Positions 18,140 to 27,874 of a stretch of 62,024 bases of DNA are shown one piece after another; within the stretch, counting starts at the first letter, position 1, and every line of letters begins with the position of its first letter. This stretch comes from Bacteroidales bacterium (GTDB lineage Bacteria > Bacteroidota > Bacteroidia > Bacteroidales > DTGW01): positions 1-62,024 of the forward strand of contig JAOAFU010000206.1 of assembly GCA_026416115.1 (NCBI GenBank), given 5' to 3'. A model generated the notes under the pieces. It made no database searches and had not been told where the DNA came from. It saw only the letters and a list, made by a program, of their open reading frames with translations. The translations under genes and the position numbers were made by a program.

Positions 18140-19288
18140 TTATTTACGATTTAGTTCTTGTGCGTATTTTTTTAACATGTTTTCCAATAATGGAAAATAA
18201 TATTTCTGGAAAAATATTTTATGCTTGTTGGTAGAAATGTTTTTTAACCAGACACTACTATTAGCCATTTGTGAAAATATGGTAGAGATTTGGTTTGTTG
18301 CAAAATCGCCTGCAAAATAACAAGTTCGAATTTTTTCCGAATTGTCAATAATTACTGCTGGGAAAATAGAACTCAACCCATAACTATTCAGAATCGAATC
18401 GCCGGTCGATGTTAAATTGAGCTGGAAATTAGCTGCAATATATACACTATCGGAGGGTGCAACAATTTCGAACCACCCAACAAAGTCGGTACTCATGGGT
18501 AGTTGAAATTTAGACCTAAACATTTCATCGTTAACAATAACAGGGTAGGGGACATTTAAATGTTTATTGGCTTCCAAAACAATAGTTGTTCGATTGTTAG
18601 TCAGAATAATGCCTTCTCCTGAGTAAGACCATTGGCCTTCGTGTTCGGAACGATATTGTTCAATGACGTAATAGGGAATTTCGGTGTTACTGGAGTCGAG
18701 AGATTTGAAGTATTTCCCTTTCCAGCCTGTAGAATGAATTTTGAATAATTGTTCTGTTTTATAGCTGATTAAGTCGGATGTAGGACTACCCAGGATATCA
18801 AATTCACCAATAATTAATTTTCCCTTCTCTTTCATCGTTTTTAGTAGAAGGTAATCGTTCTGATTTAACCCACCTTCAATTACGGAGTTTTCTCCACTTC
18901 GTCTAAAACCTTTAAACCATTCGTTAAAGTAAACTCCACGGGTATCTGTATAATAGGCTACATCGTAATGGTCGGATATGCTGTCAATTTGCTCTAATAG
19001 TATTCTCTTGATTTCATACTGATAATCGCTTAAAGGTCGGAGGGGATGGAAACCATAATAATCGTACCCAATTTTGTAACTCTTTCCATTTGATTTTACA
19101 ATTCTTGCATTGTTAAGTACCCAAAACAGCCCTTTATGTTTTTCGTATTTAAAATCGGGAACTGTTTTGTCGAGTACATAAACATTTAAATGCGTTTTTG
19201 GATAGCCCAGCCATACTATATACGATATTGAAAATACTATGAGTATGATAATGATGGCTGCAACGAATAAGTACTTCAAAAATTTCAT
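18140..19288 (-). CDS. N-terminally membrane-anchored hypothetical protein
   Basis: The 382-aa protein has a single N-terminal TM helix (YLFVAAIIIILIVFSISYIVWL). I recognised no motif in the remainder. Confidence 0.7.
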   Translation of the reverse strand: MKFLKYLFVAAIIIILIVFSISYIVWLGYPKTHLNVYVLDKTVPDFKYEKHKGLFWVLNNARIVKSNGKSYKIGYDYYGFHPLRPLSDYQYEIKRILLEQIDSISDHYDVAYYTDTRGVYFNEWFKGFRRSGENSVIEGGLNQNDYLLLKTMKEKGKLIIGEFDILGSPTSDLISYKTEQLFKIHSTGWKGKYFKSLDSSNTEIPYYVIEQYRSEHEGQWSYSGEGIILTNNRTTIVLEANKHLNVPYPVIVNDEMFRSKFQLPMSTDFVGWFEIVAPSDSVYIAANFQLNLTSTGDSILNSYGLSSIFPAVIIDNSEKIRTCYFAGDFATNQISTIFSQMANSSVWLKNISTNKHKIFFQKYYFPLLENMLKKYAQELNRK

Positions 19289-19581
19289 TTGTGCAGGTTT
19301 TAGGTGAAATAGGTTTTATAGGTTAAAAATAATACTTTTTGTCAGATTTAATTAACTTTTGAAAGGAAAAAAACAATGTGACATTCGATTACTTTTAAAA
19401 GATGAATAAAATCGAACTGCTCGGAAAAAGATATCTCTTTCTGAAAAGCATCGAATGCCCTGAGTTTGTTCGTAATTACTAATTTGTACCTTGCAAATAA
19501 ACAAATGGAGTTAAATTGATAAATTTTGCTTATTATGAATGGTATTTCTAACGTTTTTCTTATATTTAAAGAAAAATTACT

Positions 19582-22500
19582 ATGCTTAAAGTATTGAAGC
19601 ATGGGTTGCTTGTAGTTTCGTACTTATTCCAATTTTATATCGATTCGAGTGCTCAGGTTCGATTTAGGAAATTTTCAGTGGAAGATGGACTTTCGAATAA
19701 TTTTGTTCGATGTATTTTTCAGGATTCGATCGGATTTATTTGGGTAGGTACTAAAGATGGACTTAATCGTTTCGATGGCAGTGATTTTGTAAAATATTTT
19801 CATTCGGAAAACTCGCCAAATAGCATTAGCAATAATACCATTAATGTTATACAACAATTCGATTCTCGCAAGCTAATAATATGTACTTCAGGCGGAATTG
19901 ATTTTTATGATTTTTATACCGATTCGTTTACTCATAGCTCTTATTTCAAAGATAGGATTGTGCTAACCCTTTTGCGCGACACTGGTGGTTGGTATTGGGT
20001 CGGTACTTTCGATGGGCTGTATTATGCCAATTTTACTAAAAATTCTTATATCGATTTTTCTCAGAAGCCATACGACTTGATTGGACTAAAGGGCAGAATT
20101 TTTATGTGTTTCTATAAAGATACCAGAGGGCGTTTGTGGGCAGGGACCGACTCAGGTTTGAATATATTTGATCTTAGCAGAATGCATAATACAGTCGTTT
20201 TAGCTAGTTCTCGAGGAGGTCTTAGCTCTAATTATGTTCAGGATATTGAGGTAGATCCGATAGGAAATGTTTGGATAGGTACTGGACAAGGTGGACTTGA
20301 TTATTGTTTAGCCCACGAGGTAATTAAAGAAAATCCTTACATTAAAAATTATCTTCCCGGTAGTGTTATGGATATTTTGTGTTTATCCGAAAATCAAATC
20401 TGGTTTGGAAATGGATCGGGTAAGGGGCTATTTCGAATTAGAAATCCTTTCAATAGTCCCACCATTGATAAATATCTGAGTGATCCTTTTGATTTATACT
20501 CAATTAGTGATAACTCAATTGAATGCGTTTATCGAGATAAAGATGGGGGGCTCTGGATAGGTACATACGCCGGAGGTCTTAATTTTTATTCTCATCGGTT
20601 TAAAAAGTTTTATTCATCAGTTTACCCTGCATTATCCGGAAAATTAAGTAGTAATAGTGTCAATGCCTTTGTCGAGGATAATCAATTTTTATGGATAGGA
20701 ACCGAGAATGGGTTAAACCGCATCGATAAAAAAACTGGAAAGCTCAAAGTTTTTTATGCTAATGGAAAAGGTAAAATCGGGTCTAATGCTGTATATGCAC
20801 TATTTATCGATTCAAAACGCCGACTCTGGGTAGGAACATGGGCAGGGGGCTTAAATTTATATAACTACAAAACCGAAACATTTTCTACGTTTACACATGA
20901 TCCATCTAATCCTTATTCTTTGCCGAGTAATAATGTATTTACAATTAACGAAGATAGTAATCATCAGTTGTGGATAGGTACCATTCGCGGCGGATTAAGT
21001 AGATTCGACGAAAAAAATAATCGTTTTATTAACTTTACTTACAATCCTACAAAAAAAGAAGGAATATTTTCTAATTCAGTTTGTCATATTGCTCCCACTT
21101 CGGATGGAAAATTATGGATTTCAACCTATTTTTCGGCCGACTTATTTGATCCTGAAACCGAAACTTTTACACATTATACTAATATTAAGAAAACAGGTAG
21201 CGATCTTAACTATATTTTCATCGATTCGAAAGGAAATACCTGGTTTGGAAGTGAGAGTGGTTTGACAGTTATGCCTTACACTAAGCAAAATGTTAAGCAT
21301 TATTCGTACAAAGACGTATTGAAAAATATTAAAGCAATTATTGAAGATAGTAAAGGGAATTTGTGGATTAGTACGAATCGAGGACTTGTAAGGTTTGACA
21401 ACGGAGTAAATATTCCCGAAAATCCTTTTTTTACTTCATACCATATACACGACGGTTTGCAGGGAAATGATTTCAATAGAAGAGCTGTGTATAAGAATTC
21501 TGATGGAATGTTATATTTCGGAGGAGTCAATGGCTATACTTGGTTTTATCCCGATAGTATTGAACAAAATCCAATACTCCCCAAGGTATATATCGCTAAA
21601 ATACTTAATTATAATAATCTTCAGCCTATTTTGAAAGCTACGTGTTGCAATGATACTATCGTACTTAAATACGATCAGAATAATTTAATTATCGAATTTT
21701 CTTCGATTAGTTATATTGTACCTGAACATAATCATTACCGTTATCGACTAACTGGTTTTGAGAAAGCTTGGCATACAGTTACGAATCGTCAACCTGCAAT
21801 ATATACAAATCTTCAGCCCGGGAGATACACTTTCGAAATATATGCTTGCAATAATGATGACGTGTGGGGCGAAATACCTACTCGTATTACAATTATCATA
21901 AATCCTCCATGGTGGAAAACTATTTACTTTTATATTGGATTAATAACTTGTTCTATATTGACAGTAATCGGCATCTTTCGTTTGCGTTTACAAAATCTAC
22001 GAAAAATTAAAAAAGAGCTCGAGGAAATAGTTATGCGCCGTACCGAAGAATTATTGCTTGCCAATAAGCAACTTGAGGAGAGCCAAGAAGAAATTGTAGC
22101 TCAAAATAACGAGTTGGAAATGCACAGGTACCATCTCGAACAACTTGTTGAGAGTAGAACCAAAGAATTACAACAGGCCTTAAAAAGGGCTGAGGAGTCT
22201 GATAAATTAAAATCTGCTTTCCTTGCCAATATGAGTCACGAAATTCGTACTCCCATGAATGCAATTCTGGGTTTTTCAACTCTTATCGCCGAAGAAATGA
22301 TACCTCCTGATAAACGAAATGAATATCTTAACATTATCCAGAAAAATTGTGACACACTAAATGTTCTTATCAACGACATTCTCGATCTATCGATGATTGA
22401 GTCGGATCAGATAAAGTTTATATATGCCGAGGTAAATGTAACCCAACTCATGCTTGAGCTCGAGCGTCAATATCAAATTGCTAAACCCGAAAAAATTGAA

Positions 22501-23307
22501 GTGGCCTTTGTCACTAAAACTACAAATGAAATCTATACCCGTACCGATTATGTTCGACTCAAACAAATTTTAAGTAATTTGCTAGGCAATGCTATTAAAT
22601 TTACCGATGAGGGTTACGTTCATTTTGGATATCAGGTTAAAGGTAATGTTATTGAGTTTTTTGTCAAAGACACCGGTATAGGTATTGACCCGACTCAAAA
22701 AGAGCTCGTTTTTAGACCATTCGGTAAAATAAATCCCTCTCATGCCACTGTTTTATATCGTGGAACGGGTTTAGGTTTGTCGATAAGTAAAAAATTGATC
22801 GAACTGATGGGTGGTTCAATCTGGTTTGAGACAGAGGTAGGTAAAGGTACGGTCTTTTATTTTACTATACCTTACACTGCTCAAACCAATACGAAAGAGG
22901 TAATCCCTCAACAACTTACTACCCAAATTAAACTCGACCTCCACAACAAGGTGTTGATTGTTGCAGAGGATGAGACCGACAATTTTTATTTCATTAATGA
23001 GGTGTTACAACAAAGTGGTGCTAAGGTTTTATGGGCTAAAGATGGTGAAGAACTTATTTCCTTGTTGGATTCGGTAAAAAAACCCGATCTCATTTTAATG
23101 GATATAAAAATGCCCAAAATTGATGGTATTGAAGCAATTAGTTTAATAAGAGAGAGAGGATATTTTACACCTGTTATTGCTATTACTGCACACGCTTATC
23201 GTAACGAACAAATTGAAATAATGCGACACTCGTTCGATGGTTACATAGCTAAGCCCATTAAAAAAACAGAGTTGATGCGCACAATTGCTAAGTTTATTGT
23301 ACGTTAA
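19582..23307 (+). CDS. Hybrid sensor histidine kinase/response regulator with a periplasmic two-component-regulator beta-propeller and Y_Y_Y domain; no DNA-binding domain
   Basis: Repeated xxxWIGTxxGLxxF/Y propeller blades are followed by a TM helix (IYFYIGLITCSILTVIGIF) and a coiled coil. The H-box is SAFLANMSHEIRTPMN. The ATPase has the N box (NLLGNAIKFT) and G boxes (DTGIGI, GTGLGLSI). The receiver has LILMDIKMPKIDG. The protein ends after the receiver. Confidence 0.9.
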   Translation: MLKVLKHGLLVVSYLFQFYIDSSAQVRFRKFSVEDGLSNNFVRCIFQDSIGFIWVGTKDGLNRFDGSDFVKYFHSENSPNSISNNTINVIQQFDSRKLIICTSGGIDFYDFYTDSFTHSSYFKDRIVLTLLRDTGGWYWVGTFDGLYYANFTKNSYIDFSQKPYDLIGLKGRIFMCFYKDTRGRLWAGTDSGLNIFDLSRMHNTVVLASSRGGLSSNYVQDIEVDPIGNVWIGTGQGGLDYCLAHEVIKENPYIKNYLPGSVMDILCLSENQIWFGNGSGKGLFRIRNPFNSPTIDKYLSDPFDLYSISDNSIECVYRDKDGGLWIGTYAGGLNFYSHRFKKFYSSVYPALSGKLSSNSVNAFVEDNQFLWIGTENGLNRIDKKTGKLKVFYANGKGKIGSNAVYALFIDSKRRLWVGTWAGGLNLYNYKTETFSTFTHDPSNPYSLPSNNVFTINEDSNHQLWIGTIRGGLSRFDEKNNRFINFTYNPTKKEGIFSNSVCHIAPTSDGKLWISTYFSADLFDPETETFTHYTNIKKTGSDLNYIFIDSKGNTWFGSESGLTVMPYTKQNVKHYSYKDVLKNIKAIIEDSKGNLWISTNRGLVRFDNGVNIPENPFFTSYHIHDGLQGNDFNRRAVYKNSDGMLYFGGVNGYTWFYPDSIEQNPILPKVYIAKILNYNNLQPILKATCCNDTIVLKYDQNNLIIEFSSISYIVPEHNHYRYRLTGFEKAWHTVTNRQPAIYTNLQPGRYTFEIYACNNDDVWGEIPTRITIIINPPWWKTIYFYIGLITCSILTVIGIFRLRLQNLRKIKKELEEIVMRRTEELLLANKQLEESQEEIVAQNNELEMHRYHLEQLVESRTKELQQALKRAEESDKLKSAFLANMSHEIRTPMNAILGFSTLIAEEMIPPDKRNEYLNIIQKNCDTLNVLINDILDLSMIESDQIKFIYAEVNVTQLMLELERQYQIAKPEKIEVAFVTKTTNEIYTRTDYVRLKQILSNLLGNAIKFTDEGYVHFGYQVKGNVIEFFVKDTGIGIDPTQKELVFRPFGKINPSHATVLYRGTGLGLSISKKLIELMGGSIWFETEVGKGTVFYFTIPYTAQTNTKEVIPQQLTTQIKLDLHNKVLIVAEDETDNFYFINEVLQQSGAKVLWAKDGEELISLLDSVKKPDLILMDIKMPKIDGIEAISLIRERGYFTPVIAITAHAYRNEQIEIMRHSFDGYIAKPIKKTELMRTIAKFIVR

Positions 23308-23313
23308 GTTTAT

Positions 23314-24426
23314 TCAAATTGTACTTTTTCTGTATTTAACTAATAGGATTTGCCATAATATCACAGCAAAAATGCAGAGTGAAATAAATTCGGGTAACAG
23401 GTCGAGAAAACTTGAACCCTTAAGAAGTATCATTCTGATTACCCTCATGAAGTAATAAATAGGATTGATTAAATTGAGTTTTTGTGCCCAATAAGGCATA
23501 GTTTCTACTGAAGTGAAAATGCCACTAAGCATAATCGATACTAACAACAAGAAGAAAAGAACAAACAGAGCCTGTTGCTGTGTTCGCGACGAAACTGCAA
23601 CTAATAATCCCACACTCATTACTACTATTAAATATAAAATTGTGAAAATAAATAAGTTGCCTAAATTTCCCAGCATGGGGATATCGTAGAGAAGTTTTCC
23701 TATTATGAGTCCCATACTCAACTCAACTAATGCTAAAAGTAAAAAAGGTAAAAATTTACCAATAATGAATTGATACTTACGTATTGGTGTAACATTTATT
23801 TGTTCAATGGTACCAATTTCTTTTTCACGAACAAAATTGAGAGTCGAAAGTAGCATGCCAATCATAGTAACAAGCAATGCAAGTATAGCTGGCAACATAA
23901 AATTTTTGTAGTTAAGTTGTGGATTAAACCAATGATGAGTAATAACTTTGATTTGGACAGGTAGTATAGTTGTATAGCTTTTTCCCATCTCTTCTTTTAG
24001 AAAACTTGCTATTATAGATTGCACATATGCAGCTGAAATACCTGCCACAACTCCGTTTATTGCATTGATGTTAACTTGTAGCTCAGCTTTTCCTTCCTGT
24101 TTTAGTTTTTTTTCAAAATTCGATGGAAATGTAATAATTACATCTGTTTTTCCCTTTTTCATTTCAATTTCAGCATCTTTGAACGAACCAAACGAGGGTT
24201 GAATTTTAAAAAAAGGAGAATAGGCAAACTTGTTGAAAATTGAACGTGTGGTTGATGAAAAATCGTTGTCGACAAAGCTGATGCGAATGTTTTTAATTTC
24301 GAGTGTGGCTGCATTAACGAGAATAATAAGCTGTACAAAAGGCACAACAAAGAGTATGGGCAACATGACTCGGTTACGGAATACTTGTAGAAACTCTTTT
24401 CGTACAATTGCCAGAATTGTTCGCAT
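23314..24426 (-). CDS. ABC-2 type transporter permease (YbhR/YbhS-like)
   Basis: The 370-aa protein has an N-terminal TM helix, a large extracytoplasmic loop and five C-terminal TM helices. It is the last gene of a TetR-TolC-HlyD-ABC operon. Confidence 0.85.
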   Translation of the reverse strand: MRTILAIVRKEFLQVFRNRVMLPILFVVPFVQLIILVNAATLEIKNIRISFVDNDFSSTTRSIFNKFAYSPFFKIQPSFGSFKDAEIEMKKGKTDVIITFPSNFEKKLKQEGKAELQVNINAINGVVAGISAAYVQSIIASFLKEEMGKSYTTILPVQIKVITHHWFNPQLNYKNFMLPAILALLVTMIGMLLSTLNFVREKEIGTIEQINVTPIRKYQFIIGKFLPFLLLALVELSMGLIIGKLLYDIPMLGNLGNLFIFTILYLIVVMSVGLLVAVSSRTQQQALFVLFFLLLVSIMLSGIFTSVETMPYWAQKLNLINPIYYFMRVIRMILLKGSSFLDLLPEFISLCIFAVILWQILLVKYRKSTI

Positions 24427-24440
24427 ATATATTTAGTTTG

Positions 24441-25547
24441 TTAAACGAGTCGAACCTTAAATTTTTTTATAGCAAGTCCTAAAAACAGCAATGTGAATAA
24501 TATTAGCATCAGCGTTTCGAACCAAATATACTGTAAACCAACGCCTTTAATCATGATACCTTTGATGATGATGATAAAATACTTGGGAGGAAGTATTGAA
24601 CATAGCCACTGCAATATCCGAGGCATATTTTCGATGGGAAAAATGAACCCCGAGAGTAAGATAGTTGGTAACATTAAACCCACAAGCGAAACCATCATAG
24701 CAATTAGCTGACTATTTGTACTGCTCGATATTAATATGCCTATCGATAATGCCAGGAGAATATATAGAAGGCACTCCAACATGAGTAGGAATAGACTTCC
24801 TTTTACTGGAAGCTGAAAAACAAAGTAGCTCATCAGTAAGATGGCTGTAGCATTAAGAAGCGAGAGTAACACGTAAGGTAATACTTTGCCAACAATAATA
24901 TGAAAAGGTTTTAAGGGCGATACCAGTAGGGCCTCCATAGTTCCAGTTTCTTTTTCTCGTACGATAGACACCGAAGTCATGAGTGCAGAGATAAGCATAA
25001 GAATCAAACCTATTATACCTGGCACGAAAAAATATACTCCTTCGAGGTTAGGATTGTATATCATTCGAATTTGTGGGTCGATCCTGTATGAGCCTTGTAA
25101 TGTGTTATTTAGTTCTTTTGTATAGGCCGATATGATTGCCGAAGTATAATTTACCACAAGGTTGGAAAAATTAGCATCAGAGGCATCGGATATAAGTTCG
25201 ATCGAGGCATGGTTCTCTTTTGTTAGTTTTCGAGAAAAATCGGGTTCAAATACAACTACTTCTTTTACCTTACCTTCTTTGAAAATAGCTTCAACATTTT
25301 GTATGTTTGTAAGGTATGAGGTTACCCGAAAATAACTACTGCCTTCAAGCTTTTTTATGATTTGCTTAGTTATTTCATCGTTCGATAAATCGCAAATTGC
25401 TATATTGACTTTTTTGATTTCATTTGTAAGCACAAAACCAAAAAGCAACATTTCGACAATAGGAATTCCCAGAATAACGATAAGGGTTCGCCTATCGCGA
25501 AGTATGTGATAAATTTCTTTTCTAACAAAACCCCAAAAAGCTTTCAT
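24441..25547 (-). CDS. ABC-2 type transporter permease (YbhS/YbhR-like)
   Basis: It has the same topology as the neighbouring permease. Its ATG overlaps the stop of the upstream HAD gene as ATGA. Confidence 0.85.
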   Translation of the reverse strand: MKAFWGFVRKEIYHILRDRRTLIVILGIPIVEMLLFGFVLTNEIKKVNIAICDLSNDEITKQIIKKLEGSSYFRVTSYLTNIQNVEAIFKEGKVKEVVVFEPDFSRKLTKENHASIELISDASDANFSNLVVNYTSAIISAYTKELNNTLQGSYRIDPQIRMIYNPNLEGVYFFVPGIIGLILMLISALMTSVSIVREKETGTMEALLVSPLKPFHIIVGKVLPYVLLSLLNATAILLMSYFVFQLPVKGSLFLLMLECLLYILLALSIGILISSSTNSQLIAMMVSLVGLMLPTILLSGFIFPIENMPRILQWLCSILPPKYFIIIIKGIMIKGVGLQYIWFETLMLILFTLLFLGLAIKKFKVRLV

Positions 25548-26185
25548 AGGTTAAGTAGTTCGTCTACATCAAGTTCTGAAAAGTTATTTATTATTTTATC
25601 TGCAAGCGTTAGCTTATCGGCTGTGAATGAAGTTGTTATTGCAACTGCTTTCATTCCTGCTTTTTTTGCCGACTGAAGCCCAAAAATAGAATCCTCAATA
25701 GCAACACATTCGTACGGTTCTAAATGGAGCAGTTGTGCTGCTCTAAGATATATTTCGGGGTCGGGTTTTCCATGCTTGATTTGTGATTCTTCAACTAACA
25801 CATCAAAAAAGTGCCTAATTTCGAGATTGTCTAAAACAAAATCAAGATTTTCTTTAGGGCCCGAAGTAGCTACTGCTAATCGAATATTTCTTTTTCTTAG
25901 CTGAAAAAGAAGGGATAACAGGCCTTCGGGAGCTTTAATAGTCGACTGAAACACTTCTCTATAAAGTGCTTCTTTCTCTTTAGCTATACGGTTTATCTCA
26001 TTGGGTTCGGTAATGCCTAAAAGCTGTTCTACAAATATTTTGTTTGTTCCTCCAAAGATGCTTTTAACTTTCTCGGCCGACTCAGGTTTACCATACTTCT
26101 CACACATGATTCGCCATGTTTCATCGTGAACTTTGCTATTATCAACCAGCACGCCATCCATGTCAAAAATTACTGCTCTAATCAT
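25544..26185 (-). CDS. HAD-superfamily hydrolase, subfamily IA (beta-phosphoglucomutase-like phosphatase)
   Basis: HAD motif I is VIFDMDGVLVDN. Motif II is AVATSG. Motifs III/IV are KPDPEIY and AIEDSIFGLQSAKKAGM. Confidence 0.85.
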   Translation of the reverse strand: MIRAVIFDMDGVLVDNSKVHDETWRIMCEKYGKPESAEKVKSIFGGTNKIFVEQLLGITEPNEINRIAKEKEALYREVFQSTIKAPEGLLSLLFQLRKRNIRLAVATSGPKENLDFVLDNLEIRHFFDVLVEESQIKHGKPDPEIYLRAAQLLHLEPYECVAIEDSIFGLQSAKKAGMKAVAITTSFTADKLTLADKIINNFSELDVDELLNL

Positions 26186-26219
26186 AATTTCATCTTATTT
26201 TTCAAGTTATATGTTATTA

Positions 26220-26957
26220 TTAAACATCTGCATTTCGAGCAATTTTGTAAAAAACTTCATCCATGCTCGGAGCTTTATATTGATTTTTTAGGTCATCGGG
26301 AGTACCTAATGCAACTAATTTCCCTTCCGATAAAATTGAGACCCGATCGCAATATTCGGCTTCATCCATGTAGTGGGTCGTAACAAAGAGGGTTGTTCCG
26401 GATGCAGCTGCCCTGTGAATAAGTTCCCAAAACTGTCGGCGGGTAATTGGGTCTACCCCTCCAGTAGGTTCATCGAGAAAAACTACCGATGGGTTATGAA
26501 ACGTTGCAATCAGAAATGCAATCTTTTGTTTCCATCCCAAGGGAATATCTCCTACCAGATGATTCTTGATATCGTACAATTTAAATTCTTCGAGCAGGAT
26601 AGTAGTTTTTTCTATAATTTGCTTTTTACTTAATCCGTAAATGGTTGCAAAAAACTGAATGTTTTCAAAGGTTGTAAGATCGTCGTATAACGAAAATTTT
26701 TGACTCATGTAACCAATGTTCTTTTTAATAAGTTCGGATTGAGTGTAAACATTGTATCCATTGACATATACTTCGCCCGAGGTTGGAGTTAACAAACCAC
26801 ATAATATTTTCATAGCAGTTGTTTTACCAGCCCCATTCGCTCCAAGAAAACCAAAAATCTCCCCTTTTTGCACCGAAAAAGTCAAGTGATCATTAGCCAC
26901 AAAATCGCCAAACTTTTTTACTAAATCTTTTACTTCAATCACATTCTTTTTTAGCAT
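26220..26957 (-). CDS. ABC transporter ATP-binding protein
   Basis: Walker A is GANGAGKTT. The Q-loop is GYMSQ. Walker B is VVFLDEPTGGVD. The H-loop is VTTHYMDEAE. Confidence 0.9.
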   Translation of the reverse strand: MLKKNVIEVKDLVKKFGDFVANDHLTFSVQKGEIFGFLGANGAGKTTAMKILCGLLTPTSGEVYVNGYNVYTQSELIKKNIGYMSQKFSLYDDLTTFENIQFFATIYGLSKKQIIEKTTILLEEFKLYDIKNHLVGDIPLGWKQKIAFLIATFHNPSVVFLDEPTGGVDPITRRQFWELIHRAAASGTTLFVTTHYMDEAEYCDRVSILSEGKLVALGTPDDLKNQYKAPSMDEVFYKIARNADV

Positions 26958-26966
26958 AGGTAAAGA

Positions 26967-27869
26967 TTATTCGTTTATCATTCTGTAAATAAAATAATCC
27001 TCCACAGTTGGTGCTATTGGTTCAATACGAAAATTCTCAATTCCCAACTTTGTTAAGTGTTCTGCTATTTCGCGAGGATGGTGTGATGGCTTCATAGTAA
27101 AGTGTACTTTACGACCCGAAAGGTATGCCATTTGACATTCAGGTAAAGAGCTAATGGCACTTTTTATTACATACGTGTTATCTCCAAAAGCTGCATATAG
27201 CTTTACAGGATAGCTAGCAATTAATCTCTCAGGAACATCGGTTGACATTATTTTACCCTTTTGCATTAGAACAATACGGTCGCAAAGACTGGCTTCGTCC
27301 ATGTATGGAGTTGAGACCAAGATAGTAACCCCTCTTTGTTTAAGCTTACGCAAAAGCATCCAGAATTCCTTTCGCGAAACTGCATCAACACCCGTAGTTG
27401 GTTCGTCGAGGATAAGTACTGTCGGACGGTGGATAAGGGCACAGCACAAAGCTAATTTCTGTTTCATCCCTCCCGATAATTTACCAGCAGGTCTTGTTCG
27501 AAAAGGTTCTAGTTGACTATAAATTTCAGCAATCAGATCGTAGTTTTCTTTTACAGAAGTACCATAAATTGTAGCAAAAAAGTTAAGATTCTCCTCAACT
27601 GTAAGATCGGCATAAAGCGAAAACCGCCCTGGCATGTAACCAAGATATCTGCGAATTTTCTGAAAGTCATCTACTACGTCGTAGTTCATGAATTTGACTT
27701 CTCCACTATCGGGCAGAAGCAAGGTTGCCAAAATACGGAATAAGGTGGTTTTACCCGAACCATCGGGTCCGATAAATCCTAATAGTTCGTTAGGGTAAAC
27801 CTCAAAAGATATATTGCTTAATGCAGCTACCTGATTATATTTTTTGAATAAATTGGTTACTCGATACAT
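26967..27869 (-). CDS. ABC transporter ATP-binding protein
   Basis: Walker A is GPDGSGKTT. The signature is LSGGMKQK. Walker B is VLILDEPTTGVD. The H-loop is VSTPYMDEA. Confidence 0.9.
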   Translation of the reverse strand: MYRVTNLFKKYNQVAALSNISFEVYPNELLGFIGPDGSGKTTLFRILATLLLPDSGEVKFMNYDVVDDFQKIRRYLGYMPGRFSLYADLTVEENLNFFATIYGTSVKENYDLIAEIYSQLEPFRTRPAGKLSGGMKQKLALCCALIHRPTVLILDEPTTGVDAVSRKEFWMLLRKLKQRGVTILVSTPYMDEASLCDRIVLMQKGKIMSTDVPERLIASYPVKLYAAFGDNTYVIKSAISSLPECQMAYLSGRKVHFTMKPSHHPREIAEHLTKLGIENFRIEPIAPTVEDYFIYRMINE

Positions 27870-27874
27870 GGCTA

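Noticed and set aside
19348-19602. An 84-aa minus-strand ORF lies in the divergent promoter region and overlaps the start of the hybrid kinase gene.
   Set aside because: It has no motif and an AT-rich, Phe/Ile/Lys-biased composition. It overlaps a confident gene start and occupies what is most likely the shared promoter region.
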